Shown: positions 1 to 8,500 of the stretch, piece by piece | How the letters are laid out: the number at the start of each line of letters is the position of its first letter | Numbering within the stretch: position 1 is the stretch's first letter | Origin: Bacteroidota bacterium | Lineage (GTDB): Bacteria > Bacteroidota > Ignavibacteria > SZUA-365 | Direction of reading: 5' to 3' | Length of the DNA: 64,000 nucleotides | Assembly: GCA_035362335.1 (NCBI GenBank) | Contig: DAOSDL010000009.1 | Span: 208-64,207, forward strand | The notes under the pieces: generated by a model | The model's database searches: none | The model's input: the letters and a program-made list of their open reading frames with translations, nothing else | What the model was told of the DNA's origin: nothing | Position numbers and translations under genes: made by a program

Positions 1-11
1 CATCGCATACT

Positions 12-569
12 TTACCGAACGGTGAATTGCGCCGTCCGACTGCCCTCCGGTCCTGTTACTCGAAGGAAATACAAACCTGCGGGGAGCGCAGGGAGGCGCA
101 GCGCATGATTTGCGCCGCGAGCACCTTCCATATCCTGTCGCTGTAATTCCACACCAAGCACGCTGTGAATGCGCAGTGTTTGCGCACCTTCAAACGGAAG
201 TGCGACTGTCACAGTAGCGGCTGCGGAAGCGATACTCGGGAATAGCACTAATCGACTGTCGTTCGGGAAGCTCACCGCCCGATGTTGCTCAGCTTGCTTC
301 GGCGTGGGCGACTCGTGAAAGTAATGGTCGCGCGAAAGCGTCATACTGTAAGAACCGGTCACAAACGGTCCACGCCAGGCCGTGGTATGCAGCGTCACCG
401 TCGCTTGTTGCACACCGCTGGGAAGCTCCAGTCCAATGATGAGCGTGGTGTCGGCCTTCCCGGGCGGTATACGGTACTCACCACCACGAACAAGCACGGT
501 GTTGGTGAGGACGTCACCGACGGTGCAGGTTTCACATAGGGTCAAGGTGCCTCCTTTCTCACTTTCCAC
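12..569 (-). CDS. T9SS C-terminal sorting domain protein, probable fragment (no N-terminal signal peptide from the annotated Met)
   Basis: C-terminus ...LPAGLYFLRVTGPEGSRTAQFTVR matches the Por/T9SS CTD pattern. The ORF begins without a signal peptide. A MITE-like element and repeat array lie immediately upstream. Confidence 0.45.
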   Translation of the reverse strand: MESEKGGTLTLCETCTVGDVLTNTVLVRGGEYRIPPGKADTTLIIGLELPSGVQQATVTLHTTAWRGPFVTGSYSMTLSRDHYFHESPTPKQAEQHRAVSFPNDSRLVLFPSIASAAATVTVALPFEGAQTLRIHSVLGVELQRQDMEGARGANHALRLPALPAGLYFLRVTGPEGSRTAQFTVR

Positions 570-849
570 ATCAATGCGAGTTCAGGCAAAGCGGTATGTA
601 TCTGATGTGCTTTCCCAATAACCGTCAATGATGCGACACCATCATGGACATTTCCACGACGTTCACATGCCATAACACCCGCCAATCGGGTCACTGCTCG
701 CGTCGCATTCGGTGGAACGCCCGCAAGGTAAGGATTATCGGAGCAATTTGTCAAGAGATAGACGTTTTGAATTTTCTCGTGCTTACATGCTCGGTTGCGC
801 ATCACACGCTTTACGTCCAAACGCACATTCAGCACCCGCTGGCCAGCCC

Positions 850-1201
850 CCGGATTTCGTCATTTCAGCACCCGTGACACGGGAGGAAGCACAATTTCCG
901 CCTCGCTGCAGAAAGCTCATTGATTCGCGAAACGAGAACAACTCCCTCTCGTCACGTTGCGTCTCTGCTTCTCTGCGACGTTGCGTTCCATTCTTCTGAA
1001 GTCAGAAGGGAATGCAACGAAAAGATGCCAAGGCGCAATGACAGAAAGTAATGGCTATTCTCACGAGCCCTGTCGTTTTGTGAAATAGACGCCTACGCCC
1101 TGATATCGCTATTGCAGCACCCAGATCACAAGCGGAGCCCCCGTAAGTCATTGAAAACAATGATTCACATTTGCAATCCTGAAAAGCGTGGCGAAATCAG
1201 G
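850..1201. repeat. MITE-like element copy A (~350 bp, with ~90-bp internal insertion/partial duplication). Termini CCGGATTTCGTCA...GCGAAATCAGG.
   Basis: Near-identical to 2369-2624 over ~250 bp. Terminal inverted repeats are CCTGATTTCGCCA / TGGCGAAATCAGG. Contains stem-loop CATTCTTCTGAagTCAGAAGGGAATG. Confidence 0.6.
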
Positions 1202-1245
1202 AATATCGGCACGGGATGCTCGCGTCTGGTCTTGGACTTGGTCAG

Positions 1246-2360
1246 GGCTATTCACTGAATATGTCGACCGGAACAGTACGACCTCCATGACGGGATCAAT
1301 TTCGCGTGAGCGAAACCGATGACGTCGGCGCGGAGGCCAAGGATCGGGATTTGGCTATTCAGTGAATATGCCAGCTGATGCCGCTGGTAAGGGCCGAGGT
1401 TCCGGGCTTGGCTATTCAGTGAACATGCCAGCTGATGCCGCTGGCGAGGGTCGAGGTCCTGGGTTTGGCTATTCAGTGAATATGCCAGCTGATGCCGCTG
1501 GCGAGAGCCGAGATCCCGGGCTTGGCTATTCAGTGAACAACCCACGCCCTGAGCGGAAAGGCGGAGCGGGCGGGCCAGGATTAGGCTATTCACTGAATGA
1601 CCCACGCTCGGCGCGGAAAGACGGAGCGGGCGACGGGGATTTGGCTATTCAGTGAACATGCCAGCCGATGCCGCTGGCGAGGGTCGAGGTCCCGGGCCTG
1701 GCTATTCAGTGAACAACCCACGCCCTGAGCGGAAAGGCGGAGCGGGCGGGCCAGGATTTGGCTATTCAGTGAACATGCCAGCCGATGCCGCTGGTAAGGG
1801 TCGAGGTCCCGGGCTTGGCTATTCAGTGAACATGCCAGCCGATGCCGCTGGCGAAGGTCGATGTCCCGAGCTTGGCTATTCAGTGAACAACCCACGCCCT
1901 GAGCGGAAGGACGGAGCGGGCGGGCCAGGATTTGGCTATTCACTGAATGACCCACGCTCGGCGCGGAAGGCGGAGCTGTCGGGCCAGGATTTGGCTATTC
2001 ACTGAATGACCCACGCTCGGCGCGGAAGGCGGAGCTGTCGGCGGGGATTTGGCTATTCAGTGAATATGCCAGCCGATGCCGCTGGCGAGGGTCGAGGTCC
2101 CGGGCTTGGCTATTCAGTGAACAACCCACGCTCAGCGCGGAAAGGCGGAGCGGGCGGGCCAGGATTTGGCTATTCAGTGAACATGCCAGCCGATGCCGCT
2201 GGCGAGGGCCGAGGTCCCGGGCTTGGCTATTCAGTGAACAACCCACGCCCTGAGCGGAAGGCGGAGCGGGCGGCGGGGATTTGGCTATTCAGTGAATATG
2301 TCGGATGGGGATACTCGCGCCTGATCTCGGATTCGGACTTGGCTATTCACTGAATATGTC
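1246..2360. repeat. Tandem array 1: ~19 copies of a 56-60-bp unit with conserved 22-bp core GGNTTGGCTATTCA(G/C)TGAA(C/T)A and recurrent GC-rich ~36-bp 'spacers'
   Basis: Core occurrences at ~1246, 1351, 1408, 1464 ... 2281, 2341. Spacers fall into 3 families. Overlapping ORFs on both strands are frame-broken, so the array is non-coding. Confidence 0.85.
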
Positions 2361-2368
2361 TGGCCGAA

Positions 2369-2624
2369 CCTGATTTCGCCATTGCAGCACCCGAGACACG
2401 GGAGGAAGCACAATTTCCTCCTCGCAGCAGAAAGCTCATTGATTCTCGAAACGAGAACAACTCCCTCGCGTCACGTTGCGTCTCTGCTTCTCTGCGACGT
2501 TGCGTTCCATTCTTCTGAAATCAGAAGGGAATGCGACGAAACGACGCCAAGGCGCAATGACGGAAATAAGTCATTGATAACAATGATTCACATTGGCAAT
2601 CCCGAAAATCGTGGTGAAGTCAGG
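2369..2624. repeat. MITE-like element copy B (256 bp) with 13-bp terminal inverted repeats
   Basis: Starts CCTGATTTCGCCATTGCAGCACCCG and ends GTGGTGAAGTCAGG (reverse complement of the start). Direct-orientation duplicate of 850-1201. Confidence 0.6.
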
Positions 2625-3012
2625 CCACGGCGTCCACCACGGCGCGTAGCGTTTCCTCGACTTCGTCGGGAATGTCGCCGAGTCCCGCGTCGGGCATGAT
2701 GGCATTCATGGCCGAGGGACGCATGAGCTGCACCATGGTATGCTCGCCATCGGCGTATACCACAATGCGACACGGCAGCATCATGCCCACCGGCTTGAAG
2801 GCGCTGATGGCCTGAAAGGCGTAACGTGCGTTACACACCTCGATGATGCTGTAGGAGGGAATGTCGAAACCCTTGTCCCTGAGTGTGGCCTGCACGTCAT
2901 GCACGTGCAGTGTGCGGAAACCGCGCTCGAGAGCCGCGTCCTGCACCGCATTCACCACATCCGCAAAGGGCTTGGAAGAGGTCTTGCTGTATTCGAGTTG
3001 CGAAAGATCCAT
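2620..3012 (-). CDS. DUF302-family protein
   Basis: 130 aa with the size and pattern of DUF302 proteins. The stop codon lies inside the terminal repeat of MITE copy B. Confidence 0.6.
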   Translation of the reverse strand: MDLSQLEYSKTSSKPFADVVNAVQDAALERGFRTLHVHDVQATLRDKGFDIPSYSIIEVCNARYAFQAISAFKPVGMMLPCRIVVYADGEHTMVQLMRPSAMNAIMPDAGLGDIPDEVEETLRAVVDAVA

Positions 3013-3113
3013 GTCGTACTCCGTTCATCGTTCCATTCAACGGACATCGTATCGTGTGCCGGCCGATGTCGCCTGCGTTATGCATGTCGGATGCGCGGAG
3101 TGCGCGGGGAGAT

Positions 3114-3401
3114 TCAGTGCTCGTCGGCAACGCCGAGAGCTGCGAGGAGTGATTTGCGCGCGTCTTCAGGAAAGCAGGGCGACGCCGCCCGGTACAGACC
3201 GATCATTTTGTCCATGGAGTCGCAATAGGTACTGCAATCCGGACAGGCGTCGAGGTGTTTCTTCAATTCGCGACAACGCTCGGAGTTTTCGTCCTCACCA
3301 AAGTGCCCGCAAATGTAGTCGACCACTTCCTGGCAATTGGCAAAATGCGTATGCATCGTTCTATCCATCCTGCTGTTCATCAAATACGGGTGAGAGTTCA
3401 T
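3114..3401 (-). CDS. Anti-sigma factor, zf-HC2 type (true start likely internal, around 3356-3380)
   Basis: ANCQEVVDYICGHFGEDE...HLDACPDC zinc-finger anti-sigma signature. Immediately downstream of, and overlapping, the ECF sigma gene. Confidence 0.6.
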   Translation of the reverse strand: MNSHPYLMNSRMDRTMHTHFANCQEVVDYICGHFGEDENSERCRELKKHLDACPDCSTYCDSMDKMIGLYRAASPCFPEDARKSLLAALGVADEH

Positions 3402-3942
3402 TGCGTAAAAACGCCCGGGCGCGGTGCAGACGCGATTTCACGGCAGGCACGCTGAGATTAGTGATGCTGCTCACTTCCTCCGTCGACAGGCCCTCGATGT
3501 CCCGCAGGACGAAAATCACCTTGTACTCGGGAGCGAGTTTGTCTATGGCCGCGTCGAGATGTTGTTTGAGATCGGCGCGCTCCACCGCCGCCTCGGGATC
3601 GTGATCCCAATGATCGACGGCGATATCCGGGTAGTTGCCTTCGTCGTCGTCGAGCGAGACGTGGCGACGCGATTTCTCGCTGCGGGCCAGCATCAGGCAG
3701 TGATTGGACACGATGGTGTACAACCAGGTGCTGAATTTCGAGCGATTGTCGAATTGCTTCAATTTCTTGAGCACACTCATGAAGGTTTCCTGCGTGGTGT
3801 GCTCGGCCTTGTCCTGATTGCGGCAGATGTTGTACGAGAAACGAAAGATCACCGGCGCGTACTCGTCCACCAGTTGCCGTATCGCTCGTGCGTCTCCTTG
3901 CTTGGCTTTCTCGATGACTTCGACTTCGTCTTCAGCGCTCAT
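3361..3942 (-). CDS. ECF-family RNA polymerase sigma-70 factor
   Basis: Region 2 and region 4 motifs (..YAPVIFRFSYNICRNQDKAEHTTQETF.., ..LSTEEVSSITNLSVPAVKSRLHRAR..). Confidence 0.85.
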   Translation of the reverse strand: MSAEDEVEVIEKAKQGDARAIRQLVDEYAPVIFRFSYNICRNQDKAEHTTQETFMSVLKKLKQFDNRSKFSTWLYTIVSNHCLMLARSEKSRRHVSLDDDEGNYPDIAVDHWDHDPEAAVERADLKQHLDAAIDKLAPEYKVIFVLRDIEGLSTEEVSSITNLSVPAVKSRLHRARAFLRNELSPVFDEQQDG

Positions 3943-4032
3943 ACATGTGATGCCCGTGAGTGGGAAATGATTCGAATGAGAAACATACGGAATTCCCCGC
4001 TGCGGAGGTACGCGAATCCTCGTGCCTCGCGA

Positions 4033-4749
4033 TCATTCCAGCAACCATGCCGCCTCGCGCAGCAAACGCCGCTGCGTCCGATACTCCGGGCAATGCCGTT
4101 CCACCAGCGCCCAGAATCGTCGGGAGTGATTCAGTTCTACCATGTGCGCAAGTTCATGCAGCAGCACATAGTCGCTGAGCGACTCGGGAAGGCAGACGAG
4201 CAGGGCATTGAGACTGATGCTTCTCTGCGCGGAACAACTCCCCCATTTCGTCGTCTGTTTGCGCACGGTCACGCGCGTCGGTTGTCTGGAAAAATTCTCC
4301 GCCAGCAACATGATGCGCCGTGTGAGATACCAGCGCGCGTATTTGCGCAGCCATTGCTCGAAAATGGAGCGGACCACCGCCTCCTCGTCGTCAAGCCCTG
4401 TCGGCAGGTCGATCAAAAAGTCCCTTCCCTCCAAGCGCAAGCGGGCCTGGGCGGAATGCCATTGCCGCACAGTGATGCGATGCGGTACGCCGTGCAAAGG
4501 AAACTCGTCACCGTCGCGATAGCGTAGTGTACGCTGACTCCGCGCCTGTTCCTCGAATTCGCGCAGCTTACCGGCGATCCACGCCGCTTTTTCCCGCACC
4601 AACGCATGCATGGCGGCTTCGGGACATCCGCGAGGCGCGGAGACACGCACGCCGGTACGCGCGGACACGGTGATGCGGATGTTTTTATTCTTCCGCGTCT
4701 TCAGTACGCGATACGCGATGTCGACATCCCCGTGGCGAATACTGAACAC
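4033..4749 (-). CDS. YgjP/DUF45-like zinc metallopeptidase (M48/WLM superfamily)
   Basis: HELAHMVELNHSRRFW (HExxH...H) near the C-terminus. ~240 aa. Confidence 0.65.
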   Translation of the reverse strand: MFSIRHGDVDIAYRVLKTRKNKNIRITVSARTGVRVSAPRGCPEAAMHALVREKAAWIAGKLREFEEQARSQRTLRYRDGDEFPLHGVPHRITVRQWHSAQARLRLEGRDFLIDLPTGLDDEEAVVRSIFEQWLRKYARWYLTRRIMLLAENFSRQPTRVTVRKQTTKWGSCSAQRSISLNALLVCLPESLSDYVLLHELAHMVELNHSRRFWALVERHCPEYRTQRRLLREAAWLLE

Positions 4750-4758
4750 CGCTGGGCC

Positions 4759-5385
4759 TCAGCGCTTGGTGCATACGAGCAAACCGTCGCGCAGAGGGAG
4801 AATCATCGCATCGCAGGCGGGATCGGCAAAGGCCATGCGATTCAATTCCACCACGCCCCGTGTTGAAGCGCTGTCGTCGCCTTCGAGCATGCGCCCGCTC
4901 CACAGCGCATTGTCGAATATCAGCAAGCCGCCGCGACGCACGCGGGGAAGCGCCGCGCGGTAGGCGTCCGGATACTCGTGCTTGTCGATGTCGCAGAAGA
5001 TCATATCGAACATACCCTCCACTGTCGAGAATACCGTCAGCGCATCGCCCACGTGCATGGTGATGTTCTCTTCCACGCCGGCGCGCGCGAAGGCCTCGCG
5101 CGCCCGTCGGGCATTCTCCGCATCGCCATCGGTGCAGATGATGCGCGCATCGGCGTGCAGGGCCGCGGCAACATGCAAGGCCGAGTACCCGAAGCCCGAC
5201 CCCAGCTCCATGACCCGGCGCGCGTCGATCAGCGTTGCCAGGCGCGCGATAGCCACTCCGGCGAGCGGGCCGATGATGGGGAAGCGATGTTCCGCCGCCC
5301 AGGCCTCCATTTCCCGCAGCACTTCGGAGCGCTGCGGCAGCAGTTCCAGCATGTAGTGTTCGATTCGCTCATCGACAATGCGCAT
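4759..5385 (-). CDS. Class I SAM-dependent O-methyltransferase (caffeoyl-CoA OMT-like, family 3)
   Basis: VMELGSGFGYSALHVA SAM-binding motif. ~208 aa, typical family-3 OMT size. Confidence 0.75.
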   Translation of the reverse strand: MRIVDERIEHYMLELLPQRSEVLREMEAWAAEHRFPIIGPLAGVAIARLATLIDARRVMELGSGFGYSALHVAAALHADARIICTDGDAENARRAREAFARAGVEENITMHVGDALTVFSTVEGMFDMIFCDIDKHEYPDAYRAALPRVRRGGLLIFDNALWSGRMLEGDDSASTRGVVELNRMAFADPACDAMILPLRDGLLVCTKR

Positions 5386-5559
5386 CGCTTGTCCTTTCCA
5401 TTTGCCTGTGCCGTGAAAATAAAACGCCCCTCCACCGCTGACCGCGCTTCGCCGTCCCCCGGTGCAAGTAGTGAGGAATGGTTCTCATGCGACGGTCCCT
5501 TTCACGACGATGGCAGGGGCAGGGGGACGACGAATTTTCACTCTAACAGCGCTATGCCT

Positions 5560-8500
5560 CTATTTGGCCAGCACCATCGAAATCATGCGTACATACGATC
5601 CGCTCCGCAGGCGCGTGATATACACGCCGCTCGGCAAGGCGCTGCCGTCGAAATGTACACGATGGGTTCCTTCTTGCAGTGGTCCGTCATGCAGCACTCG
5701 TACGACGCGGCCATGCATATCCAACACTTCCAGCACGCCCGGCATTCCCGTCAAGGCATCGGAAACCACGTACTCGATCACCGTGACCGGGTTGAAGGGA
5801 TTCGGTGCATTTTGTCGGAGGAACAGGTCGCTTTTCAACGGCTCGATGCAATCACCCGACACGGTGATCAGCCCGTCGCTGTACACCACGGCGATGCCCG
5901 GTCCGAAGTCCGGAGTACCCGCGAAGAGCACCGGGTAACGGAACACCCCGAAGGCGCCGTCCCTGCCCTTTTGCGGCAACAGCAGGCATCGCAGCGAGAA
6001 CAACACGCCGTCATCAACAATGGGCGTACCCGAAGCGCCATCGATTGTCACACCGGTTGCGGTTTCGTTCATGGCCAACGGCCAACCCGCGGCGAGCGCG
6101 CCTTCCTTCTTCACTTCCAGAATGCGGACGGCGGCGGGGTCGACGTCGATGCGCATGGACATGCGCCGCAGCAGCGCGCGTCGGGGATTGCTGAATCGCA
6201 CCGGCACTGTCACCTCGCGTCCCATCATTCCGACGATATCCTGCGGCATGCTCAACAGCACCACCAGCAAACGCGACTGCACGAGTATGGACTGCGCGCA
6301 TTCCACTGAGCTGGTCTGATCGCTATTCACGATACAGCGAATCGTACTCAGTACATCGTCATCGCCGCCCGAGGGAACGCAGGTGAAGGAGAGCACGCCC
6401 GTGGCGCCCGGCTGCAAGTCCACACCGAGCACTTTGACCGGGGTTTCTCCGGTATTCAACGTGATATTCGCCGGCAGCATGAGCATGCCCGAAATACCTG
6501 TCAACGTGCGATTGCCATTGTTGTGAATACGCACCGTTACCGTAAATGGCGAGGGCACGTACGTATCGCTGCCGGCATCGTAACGGATGGTGTCGGGAAT
6601 GTCGCAATCGATAGCCAGCGAGGCGCTGTCCACGATCGGCGGGTGATGGAGCAGAATATCGCTGCCGCATTGCCGAGACGAGGCGGCGTCGGCGGTGACG
6701 GTGACGACGGGACGCAGTATTGTGCTGGCGCTTTGCGGCGCCGCCCGCAACAGCCATCCGATGGTGGCTATTTCACCGGGAGCGAGATCCACGCCCAGTG
6801 GCTTGGTGTAGCTTTCGCCCGCTTCCACCGATGCGATGGAGGGAAGCGAGAGCGTCGCGCGGATACCGCGCAGCGTGGTCGATCCGGTATTTTGAATTTC
6901 CACGGTGAATGAAAACGGTGCGGGGCGATAGCCCTGCGAGGCGCCAATGAACCAGAGTGTATCGGGCGCATCACAGCGTACGACAAAACCCGTGGGCTGC
7001 GGCGGAGCCGGCATCAGCGTCACCGACGCGGTACACTGCTGCAAATCGCCGCCAGCATAGGCGCGGACACGGAATATACGCGACCGCGGTACTGTGGCGG
7101 TATCGACCAGCATGCGCACATGCCATATCGCATTCGCGGAGGTACCGGCAGCGATGTTCCGCAGCACGATATCCAATTGCTCGCCGCTTTCGAGCTGTGC
7201 CCCTTGCGGCAGTTGGAGCGTTGCCACAACGGAGTCCAGCATGACGGGAGAAGGATTGCCAATCCGCGCCGACACCGTCAGCAGCGGATACAATCCAGAT
7301 TGCTCATCCACGCGCAGTGTATCCATATCGAGCGCGCATTGCACATCGAAGCTCGCCTCTTCCAGCGCGGGAATGCGCACCATGGTACAACAACGCTCGG
7401 GCGCGAGCCCGCGGGCGGCGCTCTCTATACAGACTGCTACAGAATCGACCTGCATGCCGCGTTGTACAACTGCTTTCCATGTGGCGGTGAACTGCGCTCC
7501 CGGAGCCAGAACGCCGACATCGATCACGGGAAGGGGCGTCTCGGCCGTAAGCCGGAGACGCTGCGGCACTTCGATACGCAGATTGCCCTGATAAGCGGAA
7601 GCGCTGCCCACATTGCGCAGCACCGCGCTGATCACCACGGTGTCGTCCTCGCCAGCCTGTTTGAGCAGTTCGCAACTCAGGCGCAACTGCGGCATGCGGG
7701 CGGCGGGGATGTGAATTTCCACCGGGCAGGGTGCGGTCTGTTGCAGAGTTTTTCCCTTGGCCTTCACCTGCACGAGCACCGTATCCATGCGCGCAACCGA
7801 GCGCGGCGTGGCGCGCAGCCACCAGCGCGCATTGCCCGTCTCGCCCACGGCGAGTGTGGATGGCAGCAGCATTTTCGCGGCCTGCTCGCCGGTGGCCATG
7901 GTCATATCGGGAGGCGGCAGGATTTCCGCGACCACCGAATCGGCGAGAGCAGTACCGATATTACGCACATCCACCGACACCAGGAAGGGCTCGGGCATGT
8001 ACCCGGCCAGCGAGTCCACGAAGTGCAGGGAGTCGGGTCCGGCACAGGCGAGTTCGAGCACGGGTCCTTTCACCGCTTCGATAAACATGCGCTTGGCACA
8101 CAAGGTCCCGCCACCGTTGGCCGCGAACACCGTGATTTTCACCGTGTCGTGCCTCGCATTGTCGCGATCGAGTACGCGCAAACGGAAGGAGCCTTCCACC
8201 GAAGCACCGGCGGCGAGAGAATCGCTCAACAATTTGAACGGTTGGTCGCTGCCGTCGATGGACAAATCCTCGCCCTGAAGCAACGCGGCGGTCACACCCT
8301 TGGCTGGAGTTGTGCCGTTGTTGGTCACACGCACGCGCACCGTCATGGGATTCGGATCGTATGCGCCGTCGATATACCGCACCGTATCCGGACCCTCCAC
8401 TGTGCAGGCGAGCGAGGGAATGGCATTGTCCACAATCACATCGAGCGGCGTGCAGCACTGCGCACCGGCAAAATTTTCGGCGGTGACATTCACGCAAATG

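Noticed and set aside
1252-2353. ORFs 1252-1605(-), 1362-1655(+), 1590-1955(-), 1652-2005(+), 1995-2246(-), 2006-2353(+) as genes for repetitive proteins
   Set aside because: They tile the tandem array on both strands with periodic peptides. The frame breaks wherever unit length is not a multiple of 3. This is a translation artefact of the repeat.
1246-2360. Canonical CRISPR array call
   Set aside because: Spacers are not unique. They recur in about five related families across both arrays. There are no cas genes and no recognisable AT-rich leader in the window. The evidence fits a structured satellite or binding-site array, not CRISPR.
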